DNA of 10,358 nt from Chthoniobacteraceae bacterium (GCA_031409335.1 JANNWY010000322.1:1-10358), one strand, 5' to 3'. Counted from the first letter of the stretch, positions 1-7,104 are shown. Notes: generated from the sequence alone by a model not told the origin. Numbers and translations: made by a program.

Positions 1-127
1 GGTTGCTCTGCGTCTCGGTGTAGCGCAGGTAGCCGAAGGTCAGGCCCGTCTCGGGGTCGGTGACGGCACCCGCCTCGTCGTATTCGGCGTCGGGTTCGAG
101 GTAGCGCATGGCGACCGCGAGGCCGCC
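1..127 (-). pseudogene. 5'-truncated second copy of the capsid-like gene (C-terminal segment), running out of the left edge
   Basis: The reverse complement of 1-124 translates GLAVAMRYLEPDAEYDEAGAVTDPETGLTFGYLRYTETQSN, against CLAVAMRYLMPVADYDEAGAVTDPDTGLTFGYLRYTETSSN in the + ORF (35/41 aa identical by hand count). Homology stops at about 127. Not in the ORF track. Confidence 0.85.
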
Positions 128-656
128 GAGACCGCACTCAATGTGCTCGAAACTCTCGTCTCCAGCGCGGTCAAGCAGCTCGCGCAGGATGTTCTCCAGG
201 ACATCTTCTCCTCGATCACTGCCGACCCATTCGGTGCCCCGGCCATCCCCGCACTCGCCGCGAGTGCTTTCGACTACAAAAAAGTCCTCGGCATCCGCGA
301 AGCGTGCGCCGTTGCGAAGATGCCAGTGAGCGACCGCGCGCTCGTGCTCGACGGCGCGTATTTCACGAACCTGCTGGGCGACGACATTGTGGCGAAGAGC
401 TTTATGACGCCCATCGCACAACCGGGCGTCGTTGAGGGGCTGATCCGGCGGCTCGCCGGCTTCGATGTCTTCGAGACTTCGATCCTGCCTGAGAACGGCG
501 AGAAGCTCGTCGGTTTCGCTGGTCACCCGAGCTGCCTCGCGGTGGCAATGCGTTACCTCATGCCCGTCGCCGACTACGACGAAGCCGGCGCCGTCACCGA
601 TCCTGACACGGGCCTGACCTTCGGCTACCTGCGCTACACCGAGACGAGCAGCAACC
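1..656. repeat. Diverged inverted repeat: 1-124 versus 533-656
   Basis: Hand alignment gives 106/124 identical nt with no gaps, including a perfect 39-nt block (11-49 versus 608-646). Confidence 0.95.
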
Positions 657-736
657 GCATCTTCGTCACGGTCGAGTGCCTCTACGGCTTCAAGGTCGCG
701 ATCGCCGCCGGCCTCAAGCGCATCGTGAAGCCGTAA
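122..736 (+). CDS. Phage major capsid protein-like (HK97-fold/P22 coat-like), N-terminally truncated
   Basis: Capsid-like segments: A.KQLAQDV..DI, P.SDR.LVLD..YF.NLL.D, EG.I.RL.GFDVFE, GFAGHPS.LAVAMR, V.VECLYG.K. About 200 aa is short for a full capsid, the GTG at 143 lacks an RBS, and the frame continues upstream (..AAETALN) into the inverted copy. Confidence 0.7.
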   Translation, partial: AAETALNVLETLVSSAVKQLAQDVLQDIFSSITADPFGAPAIPALAASAFDYKKVLGIREACAVAKMPVSDRALVLDGAYFTNLLGDDIVAKSFMTPIAQPGVVEGLIRRLAGFDVFETSILPENGEKLVGFAGHPSCLAVAMRYLMPVADYDEAGAVTDPDTGLTFGYLRYTETSSNRIFVTVECLYGFKVAIAAGLKRIVKP

Positions 737-765
737 GCGCGGCGCACATAACTTCGGTGGTTGCG

Positions 766-803
766 GAAGCCCCGCTGCTGGAAACGGCAGCGGGGTTTCT
801 TTT
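766..803 (+). terminator. Rho-independent terminator after the capsid-like gene
   Basis: GAAGCCCCGCTGCTG-GAAA-CGGCAGCGGGGTTTC forms a 15-bp stem (2 G-U pairs) with a GNRA loop, ending in the U-rich run TTTCTTTT. Confidence 0.9.
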
Positions 804-991
804 ATGAAACTCCTACTCGTCGTTACCGCCGCGAAAGACCGAAGCGAGCGGAAGCAGTTATTTCCACCTATCGACGTACGGAAAGATGTAACGGCGACCT
901 TCACAAGGCGCGGGTAGTTCGCTAAATCGGCCTGTGTGCATAAAGTCCGTGGCCCGTCGCATCCCTGTGCAGGTCGGCCTTCGCGCAGATA

Positions 992-1019
992 TTGACCATG
1001 AGGCGCCCTCATGTATCTT
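992..1019 (+). promoter_or_regulatory. Putative sigma70 promoter of the arsR-family gene
   Basis: TTGACC (992-997), 16-nt spacer, TATCTT (1014-1019), about 40 nt upstream of ATG 1061. Confidence 0.5.
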
Positions 1020-1022
1020 CAC

Positions 1023-1038
1023 ATCGCTTTATAGCGAT
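1023..1038. promoter_or_regulatory. Palindromic operator candidate (ArsR autoregulation)
   Basis: ATCGCT-TTAT-AGCGAT is a perfect 6-4-6 inverted repeat overlapping the predicted transcription start. Confidence 0.6.
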
Positions 1039-1060
1039 ACTCCTGACACTTCCACCGTTC

Positions 1061-1384
1061 ATGCCTCACCTTCCGCGTCCCGCTCTCGAAAAAATCGCCG
1101 AAACTTTCCGTGCGCTCTCGGAGGCCACTCGCCTGGGTATTCTTCAGGAATTGAAGGAAGGTCCGAAGACCGTGAACACGCTCGTCGAGGCGCTGGAACT
1201 CTCGCAGCCGAACATCTCCAAGCAGCTCAGCATTCTCTTCGCCGCCGGCTTTCTCGGCCGTGAGCAGCAAGGCACTCAGGTGTTCTACTCCATCAAGGAT
1301 AAGATGGTGCTGAAGCTCTGCGAACTCGTCTGCGACCGGTTGAACCAGCAGGCGCGTGCGAGCTTGGTGACGTATTCCATTTAG
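1061..1384 (+). CDS. ArsR/SmtB-family transcriptional repressor with C-terminal CxxxC
   Basis: A.TFRALSEATRL.IL..L..GPKTV..L...L.LSQPNISKQL..L..AG.L.RE..G..VFYSI winged-HTH signature. ATG 1061 is preferred over the track's TTG 992, which coincides with the predicted -35 element. Confidence 0.93.
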   Translation: MPHLPRPALEKIAETFRALSEATRLGILQELKEGPKTVNTLVEALELSQPNISKQLSILFAAGFLGREQQGTQVFYSIKDKMVLKLCELVCDRLNQQARASLVTYSI

Positions 1385-1414
1385 CCCACCACCCGGAGCT
1401 GGAGGGCGTGAACC

Positions 1415-1879
1415 ATGCCGTCTTCATTTTCCACGCGCGGCGGTTGGTGGGTGCTGGGGCAAAGCGTGCTGCTCGTCGCGCTGCTCGCGCTTGGGCCTTG
1501 GCGGAGCGGGGATTGGTCGATTCGCACGGGCTTCTGGCTCGGAGTGATACTGCTCGCAGCCGGGGCCGTCTTCGGCATCGCGGGAACGCGCGCGCTGGGC
1601 CGCAACCGCACGCCTTATCCGCGCCCGCTAGTAGGTGGCGAACTCGTGCAGCACGGGATCTACGCGCTCGTGCGGCATCCGCTTTATGCGAGTCTGATCT
1701 ATCTCGGTGCAGGATGGGCGCTGGTCTGGGCGAGCAGCGCGGCTGCCATCGCCGCCTTGGCGCTCACGGTCCTGCTCGACTGCAAGGCACGGCTTGAAGA
1801 GCGCTGGCTGGTGGAGGAATTCCCCGATTACACCGACTACGCGCGGCGGGTCCGACGGATCGTGCCGGGCCTCTACTGA
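1415..1879 (+). CDS. Isoprenylcysteine carboxyl methyltransferase (ICMT/PEMT) family membrane methyltransferase
   Basis: Hydrophobic helices plus LV..GIY..VRHPLY and EE..L...F.DY..Y...V.R.VP motifs; GGAGG lies upstream. Confidence 0.88.
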   Translation: MPSSFSTRGGWWVLGQSVLLVALLALGPWRSGDWSIRTGFWLGVILLAAGAVFGIAGTRALGRNRTPYPRPLVGGELVQHGIYALVRHPLYASLIYLGAGWALVWASSAAAIAALALTVLLDCKARLEERWLVEEFPDYTDYARRVRRIVPGLY

Positions 1880-2019
1880 AGCCAAGGGGAGGAAGCGCAG
1901 GCGTTGGCGGCGTTTTCTTCAACCACAAGCGACCGGAGGACGAATGAGAGACGATATACAGCTTGTCTCGCCTCGACTCAAATTGCGGAACGTCTGCCGG
2001 CCGTCACGAGAGAATTCTT

Positions 2020-2403
2020 ATGCTATTCACACTCTCGACCGACAAAACCGTGACTGAGGCAGCGACGGCCTTGCAAGCGGCGGTGCAGGCCAATCATTTC
2101 GGGGTGATGCAGGTTCACAATCTGACGGAAACCATGGCGAAGAAGGGTGTCGCATTTGCCCACGAGTGTCTCATCTTCGAGGTTTGCCAGCCGCAACAGG
2201 CGAAGAAGGTGCTGGAACAAAACATGGCGGTCTCCACGGCGCTGCCGTGTCGGATTTCCATTTATGAGGAAGGAGGAAAGACGGTCTTGGCGACGCTGAA
2301 GCCGACCGCGCTGTTGGGGATCTTCAACTTGCCTGAGTTGGAGCAAGTGGCGCAGGAAGTGGAACAGACGATCCTCAAAATCATGAGCGAGGCGGCCCGG
2401 TGA
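2020..2403 (+). CDS. DUF302 domain protein
   Basis: FGV....N......KKG, IFEVCQPQQA.KVL and ALPCRISIYEE.GK motifs, 127 aa. ATG 2020 is preferred over the track's TTG 1963. Confidence 0.88.
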   Translation: MLFTLSTDKTVTEAATALQAAVQANHFGVMQVHNLTETMAKKGVAFAHECLIFEVCQPQQAKKVLEQNMAVSTALPCRISIYEEGGKTVLATLKPTALLGIFNLPELEQVAQEVEQTILKIMSEAAR

Positions 2404-2405
2404 CT

Positions 2406-2454
2406 GGCTCCTCCCTCCCGGTGCGTCGCTGGCGACGCAACCGAGCAAGGAGCC
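2406..2454. other. Long imperfect intergenic hairpin downstream of DUF302
   Basis: GGCTCCT (2406-2412) pairs with AGGAGCC (2448-2454), enclosing CGG-TGCGTCG-ctgg-CGACGCA-a-CCG. There is no U-tract, so it is not a classic intrinsic terminator. Confidence 0.5.
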
Positions 2455-2527
2455 CCGCCGACTCAGGGCGCGGCGCGGGTGCCGGAGGTCGATTGGATAG
2501 AGAAATTCACCTCCTACATTTTGTTGC

Positions 2528-2555
2528 TTGTTATATTCTCGTATGCCGATATAGT
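2528..2555 (+). promoter_or_regulatory. Putative sigma70 promoter with overlapping ArsR-type operator for the sulfur operon
   Basis: AT-rich patch. TTGTTA (2528-2533), 16 nt, TATAGT (2550-2555); the inverted repeat TATAT-N12-ATATA (2532-2553) spans the spacer. Confidence 0.65.
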
Positions 2556-2573
2556 AATTAACAAACCAAAACC

Positions 2574-3125
2574 ATGAACACCGTTACACCTCGCCAACTC
2601 AACGAACGCCTGCAGAAGGGCGAAAAGCTCCACCTTCTCGATGTCCGCACGCCGGCGGAGCATGCCGAGGTCCATGTCCCCGGCGTGCATCTCGCGCCGC
2701 TCGACCGACTCGACGCCGCGCAACTCGCCGGGGTCAACGGCTTCGCCAAGGATCAGCCCGTCTTTGTCCTCTGCCGTTCGGGAAGCCGCGCCAAGCAGGC
2801 TGCGCAGCAGCTCGAAAAGGGCGGATTCAGCCAGTGCCAGGTTGTCGAAGGCGGCACGATGGCTTGGGCCGAGGCCGGGCTGCCGGTGAATCGCGGCACG
2901 AGCACGGTCATGTCGCTGGAGCGGCAGGTGCGCATCGCCGCCGGAGCCATTGTGCTGACCGGTGCGTTGCTCGCGCAGTTCGTCGATCCCGCCTTCATCT
3001 GGCTCTCCGGCTTCGTTGGCGCAGGGCTGATGTTCGCAGGGATCACCGACACCTGCGCGATGGGCATGCTCATCGCGAAGCTGCCCTGGAACCAGCGCGG
3101 CAGCGCCGCCTGCTGCGCCAGGTAA
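2574..3125 (+). CDS. Rhodanese domain + DUF2892 membrane sulfurtransferase (YgaP-like)
   Basis: LLDVRTPAE...HVPG, active-site loop CRSGSR, L/V.GG..AW..AGLPV, then MSLERQVRIAAG...FVGAGL.FAGIT.TC.M..L..KLPWN. Confidence 0.92.
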   Translation: MNTVTPRQLNERLQKGEKLHLLDVRTPAEHAEVHVPGVHLAPLDRLDAAQLAGVNGFAKDQPVFVLCRSGSRAKQAAQQLEKGGFSQCQVVEGGTMAWAEAGLPVNRGTSTVMSLERQVRIAAGAIVLTGALLAQFVDPAFIWLSGFVGAGLMFAGITDTCAMGMLIAKLPWNQRGSAACCAR

Positions 3126-3153
3126 CTCACGCAATCTCTCACCACCTACGCCC

Positions 3154-4572
3154 ATGTTCTTACGCCAAATCTTCGACCCGCATCTCTCGCAATACGCTTA
3201 CCTCATCGGCTGCCAAAAGACCGGCGAGGCGATCGTCATCGACCCCGAGCGCGACATCGACCGCTACCGCGCGGTCGCCGCGGAGGAAGGGCTGCGCCTC
3301 ACCGCCGTCGCCGAGACGCACATCCACGCGGACTTCGTGAGCGGTGCGCGCGAACTCGCTGCCGACCCGTCCGTGCATGTGTATCTCTCCGCCGAGGGCG
3401 GGCCGGATTGGCAGAGCGAATGGGCTCGCGGTGCGAGCAACGTCACGCTCTTGCACGACGGCGACACCTTCAAAGTCGGCAACATCCAATTCAAGGCGAT
3501 GCACACGCCGGGGCACACGCCCGAGCACATCGTCTATCTCGTCACCGACATCGGCGGCGGCGCGAACGAGCCAGTCGCCTTGCTCACCGGTGATTTCCTC
3601 TTCGTCGGCGACGTGGGCCGGCCCGACTTGCTGGAGCAAGCCGCCGGACTCGTCGGCACGCAGGAAACCGGCGCGAAACAGCTTTACGACAGCCTGCGCC
3701 GGGTGGCGAAGCTGCCCTGCCACCTGCAAATCCTGCCTGCACACGGGGCCGGCAGTGCGTGCGGCAAAGCGCTCGGCTCGGTGCCGAACTCGACCTTCGG
3801 TTACGAGGCGAAGTTCAACCACGCCTTCAAGCTCGCAGTCGATGGCCCCGAGGAGGACTTCGTGAAATTCATCCTCAGCGGCCAGCCCGAGCCGCCCGCG
3901 TATTTCGCCAACATGAAGCGCGTGAACAAAGTCGGTCCCGTCGTGCTCGGCACGCTGCCGCACCCTCGGGAGATGACCCTCGACGACGTGGCCAAGCGGC
4001 TCGACGAGCGGGGCTTTGCGGTGCTCGACACCCGCGACCGCGCCGCCTTTCTCGCCGGACATCTGCGCCGCAGTCTCTTCACGCCGCCGGAGAAATTCGC
4101 CGACTTCGCCGGCAGCTATCTCGCGCCGGACGACGAAATCGTGATCATCGTGAAAGATGAGGCCGCGACGGACGAATACGTGCGCCAGCTCGTGCGCATG
4201 GGCTTCGACAAAGTCATCGGCTTCCTGCCCGCCAGCCTTGTTGAAGCCGCGCCCGCCGCGATGAAGGTCGCGCCCCGCGCGGTGAAATTCTCCGAAGTTC
4301 CAGCGCTCCTCGCCAACGGCACCCGCCGCGGCCTGCTCGACGTGCGCAAAGCCACGGAATTCGCCGCCGGCCATCTGCGCGACGCACGGAACATCGCCCA
4401 CACCCGGCTGCGTCCGCGCCTCGATGAAGTGACCGCCGATTTCCCGCAACTCGTCCACTGCGCCAGCGGTCTGCGCGCGGTCGGCGCATGCGCCTTCCTG
4501 AGCCGTGCGGGCCGCGAGAACATCTGCATCGCCGACACCTTCGACAACGCGCCGAAAGAACTGCTCGCCTGA
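3154..4572 (+). CDS. MBL-fold persulfide dioxygenase fused to tandem rhodanese domains (CstB-like)
   Basis: ETHIHADFVSG, TPGHTPEH, TGDFLFVGDVGRPDL and PAHGAGSACGK, followed by a Cys-less rhodanese-homology domain and a C-terminal rhodanese with HCASGLR. The architecture matches Staphylococcus aureus CstB. Confidence 0.92.
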   Translation: MFLRQIFDPHLSQYAYLIGCQKTGEAIVIDPERDIDRYRAVAAEEGLRLTAVAETHIHADFVSGARELAADPSVHVYLSAEGGPDWQSEWARGASNVTLLHDGDTFKVGNIQFKAMHTPGHTPEHIVYLVTDIGGGANEPVALLTGDFLFVGDVGRPDLLEQAAGLVGTQETGAKQLYDSLRRVAKLPCHLQILPAHGAGSACGKALGSVPNSTFGYEAKFNHAFKLAVDGPEEDFVKFILSGQPEPPAYFANMKRVNKVGPVVLGTLPHPREMTLDDVAKRLDERGFAVLDTRDRAAFLAGHLRRSLFTPPEKFADFAGSYLAPDDEIVIIVKDEAATDEYVRQLVRMGFDKVIGFLPASLVEAAPAAMKVAPRAVKFSEVPALLANGTRRGLLDVRKATEFAAGHLRDARNIAHTRLRPRLDEVTADFPQLVHCASGLRAVGACAFLSRAGRENICIADTFDNAPKELLA

Positions 4573-4575
4573 AGC

Positions 4576-5382
4576 ATGGATGCGTCGATGCATGATCTGC
4601 TCGGTCTCGCCTACGGGCTGATCGTCGGCATCTCGCTCGGCCTCACCGGCGGCGGCGGGTCCATCTTTGCCGTGCCGCTGCTCATCTACGGCCTCGGCGT
4701 GCCCGTCGGCACTTCGATCGGATTGAGCCTCGCGTCGGTCGGCATCACTGCCGGTTTCGGTGCGGCGCTCCGATTGAAGGCGGAGGAAGTGGACTTGCGC
4801 GCGGGGTTGGTCTTCGCCGCCGCCGGCATGGCTCTCGCGCCGGCCGGTGCGTGGCTCGGCACCAAGCTCTCCGCGGCGTTGCTGCTCTCCATTTTCGCGG
4901 TGCTCATGGCCTTCGTCGGCACGCGCATGTGGCGCGGCAAGGCCGGCGCGGGCGTCGTCCCCGGCCCGTGCGTCGCGCGCCCCGGCGGCGGACTCGGTCC
5001 CGGTTGCTACGTGCGGCTCGCAGCAGCGGGCTGCGCGGCGGGCGTGATGTCAGGGCTGTTCGGCATCGGCGGCGGATTCATCATCGTGCCCGCGCTGCTC
5101 TACGTCACCGGCATGAGCATCCATCGTGCGGTTGCCACGTCGCTGCTCGTCATTTTCCTCATCTCGCTCTCCGGCGTCGCGGCGCACGTCGCACACGGGC
5201 AGCAGTTTCCCATGCCGGTCACCGCGCTCTTCATCGGCGGCGGCTTCGCCGGAATGTTCGCCGGCAACGCGCTGCGCACCCGGCTCCCGGCGGCAGTGCT
5301 GCAAAAAGTCTTCGCCGTCGGGATGTGGCTCGTCGCCGCCTACATGCTCGCCCGCAACCTCCCCGCTTTCTTCCAACCCTGA
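4576..5382 (+). CDS. Sulfite exporter TauE/SafE family permease
   Basis: Internally duplicated G...GL.GGGGS...VP.L / G..SGLFGIGGGFIIVPAL motifs, AVATSL and multiple TM helices. The start may be 4588. Confidence 0.92.
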   Translation: MDASMHDLLGLAYGLIVGISLGLTGGGGSIFAVPLLIYGLGVPVGTSIGLSLASVGITAGFGAALRLKAEEVDLRAGLVFAAAGMALAPAGAWLGTKLSAALLLSIFAVLMAFVGTRMWRGKAGAGVVPGPCVARPGGGLGPGCYVRLAAAGCAAGVMSGLFGIGGGFIIVPALLYVTGMSIHRAVATSLLVIFLISLSGVAAHVAHGQQFPMPVTALFIGGGFAGMFAGNALRTRLPAAVLQKVFAVGMWLVAAYMLARNLPAFFQP

Positions 5383-5388
5383 CTCTCC

Positions 5389-6582
5389 ATGAACACCACC
5401 TCTCATCACAAAGTCCTCATCGTCGGCGGCGGCACCGCCGGCATCACCGTCGCCGCGCATCTGGCCAGAAAGATCCCCGCCCGCGACATCGCCATCGTCG
5501 AGCCCAGCGCCAAGCATCACTACCAGCCGATGTGGACGCTGGTCGGCGGAGGCATCTTCAAAAAGGAGCGGTCCGAGCGCGATGAAGCCGGACTCATCCC
5601 GCGCGGCGCCAAATGGCTGCGCGATTCCGTCACCGCCTTCGATCCAGATGTGAATCGCGTGGTCACCCGCGATGGCCGCACCCTCACCTATGACTGGCTC
5701 ATCGTCGCTCCTGGCATCCAGGTGAACTGGAGCAAAATCCCCGGCCTCAAAGAATCGCTCGGCAGCAAAGGCGTGTGCAGCAACTACTCCTACGAGCATG
5801 TGGACTACACTTGGGAAACCCTGCGCAACTTAAAGCGCGGCGTCGCGCTCTTCACGCATCCTGCCGGAGCCATCAAGTGCGGCGGCGCCCCGCAGAAGAT
5901 CATGTATCTCGCCGAGGACTGGCTGCGGCGTGAAGGATTGCGCGACCAGACCGAGGTCATCTTTACCACCGCGTTGCCGACGCTCTTTGCCGTCGAGAAA
6001 TATCGCAAGACGCTGGAGAAGCACGTCGCCGACCGCGACATCAAAGCTAACTTCAAACTAAACCTCATCGAGCTGCGGCCCGACGCGAAGGAAGCGGTCT
6101 TCGAGAATCTCGACACCAAGGAGCAGCGCGTCATCCGTTACGACATGATCCACGTCACGCCGCCGATGGGTCCGCCGGACTTCATCAAAGCGAGCGCGCT
6201 GGCGAACGCCGACGGCTGGGTGGAAGTGGACAAGTTCACCTTGCGGCACCCGCGCTTCCCCAACGTCTTCGCCCTCGGCGACGCCAGCAATTTGCCAACC
6301 AGCAAAACCGGCGCGGCCATCCGCAAACAAGCGCCCGTCGTCGTCGAGAATCTCCTCGCAGCGATGCGCGAACAACCCCTCACCGCGAGCTACAACGGCT
6401 ACACGTCCTGCCCGATCGTCACCGCGCGCGGCAAGCTCGTCATGGCCGAGTTCGATTACGATCTCAAGCCGCAGGAGACCTTCCCCTTCGACCAATCGAA
6501 GGAACGCTACAGCATGTATCTCGTGAAGAAGTGGCTGCTGCCTGAACTCTACTGGCACGGGATGCTGAGAGGCTTGGCGTAA
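5389..6582 (+). CDS. sqr: Sulfide:quinone oxidoreductase (type II-like FAD flavoprotein)
   Basis: VGGGTAG FAD motif, HHYQPMWTLVGGG, catalytic Cys motifs IKCGGAPQKIMYL and YNGYTSCP, VFALGD, SKTGAAIRKQ, LYW..ML.G at the C-terminus. Confidence 0.9.
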   Translation: MNTTSHHKVLIVGGGTAGITVAAHLARKIPARDIAIVEPSAKHHYQPMWTLVGGGIFKKERSERDEAGLIPRGAKWLRDSVTAFDPDVNRVVTRDGRTLTYDWLIVAPGIQVNWSKIPGLKESLGSKGVCSNYSYEHVDYTWETLRNLKRGVALFTHPAGAIKCGGAPQKIMYLAEDWLRREGLRDQTEVIFTTALPTLFAVEKYRKTLEKHVADRDIKANFKLNLIELRPDAKEAVFENLDTKEQRVIRYDMIHVTPPMGPPDFIKASALANADGWVEVDKFTLRHPRFPNVFALGDASNLPTSKTGAAIRKQAPVVVENLLAAMREQPLTASYNGYTSCPIVTARGKLVMAEFDYDLKPQETFPFDQSKERYSMYLVKKWLLPELYWHGMLRGLA

Positions 6583-6592
6583 GCGATGTTTT

Positions 6593-7096
6593 ATGAAACC
6601 TACCACCACACTCATCCTCGCCCTCGCCGCGCTATTCACAATCTCTGGCGTCGCCGCTGAACCCGCGCCCAGTATCATCCCGCTGCAAGTGCGCGAGAAT
6701 CTGCGCATCGTCTATCAAGTAACGGATGACTTGCCACACGAAGGCTTGAATCGCGGACTTTTCTACGCGCGCAAACTTATCAACACCTACGAGAAGCAGG
6801 GCATCGCCGCTGACCAGGTGCATCTTCACCTCGTCTATCACGGCACCGGCATCGCCGCCGTGGTGAATGCGGAAGCGCGCCAGCGACTCGGCGCCGAGAA
6901 GCCCGCGAACCCGAACGCCGAAATCCTCGCGGAACTCGTGCGGCGCGGTGTGCAGGTCGAGTTATGCGAAGATACGATGCGGCAGAAAGGCGTGACTGCG
7001 GCTGAACTGATGCCTGGCGTGAAACTTGTCGTCGGCGCTTTCCCGCGGCTCATCGACCTGCAACTGCAAGGCTTCGCCTACATCAAGTTCGAGTAG
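6593..7096 (+). CDS. DsrE-family protein with predicted signal peptide
   Basis: The N-terminus MKPTTTLILALAALFTISGVAA|EP looks like a Sec signal. DsrE-type motifs: LVYHG.G, L...GV.VELC..TM, L.PGV..V, LQ.QGFAYIK. Confidence 0.85.
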   Translation: MKPTTTLILALAALFTISGVAAEPAPSIIPLQVRENLRIVYQVTDDLPHEGLNRGLFYARKLINTYEKQGIAADQVHLHLVYHGTGIAAVVNAEARQRLGAEKPANPNAEILAELVRRGVQVELCEDTMRQKGVTAAELMPGVKLVVGAFPRLIDLQLQGFAYIKFE

Positions 7097-7104
7097 ATTA
7101 AGCT

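Noticed and set aside
40..329. Track ORFs 40..246 (-) and 108..329 (+)
   Set aside because: Off-frame shadows of the two capsid copies, with Ser/Arg/Pro-rich non-protein-like composition.
1..656. Diversity-generating retroelement TR/VR pair
   Set aside because: Mismatches are not adenine-specific and fall mostly at third codon positions; no reverse transcriptase is present in the window.
804..917. 37-aa ORF after the terminator as a real gene
   Set aside because: Its start is embedded at the terminator U-tract, codon usage is atypical and no family is recognisable; noted only as an alternative explanation.
1061..1384. Arsenic or heavy-metal resistance operon
   Set aside because: No arsB/acr3/arsC or metal ATPase is present, and the repressor lacks canonical alpha3 or alpha5 metal ligands.
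1948..1969. Third operator upstream of DUF302 (CGATATA within GAGAC...GTCTC)
   Set aside because: Only a half-site matches the other two operators and there is no convincing promoter.
3154..4572. Beta-lactamase or glyoxalase II
   Set aside because: HIHADF, the CGK loop, fused rhodanese domains and gene context indicate a persulfide dioxygenase.
3160..4593. 477-aa antisense ORF (also 5050..5799, 6058..6708, 7756..8391, 8912..9547)
   Set aside because: Antisense shadows expected from GC-rich codon bias; the sense genes carry clear family motifs.
5389..6582. NADH dehydrogenase II or flavocytochrome c sulfide dehydrogenase
   Set aside because: No second GxGxxG NADH motif, no Tat signal and no cytochrome partner; the KCxGAPQK and YTSCP motifs fit type II SQR.
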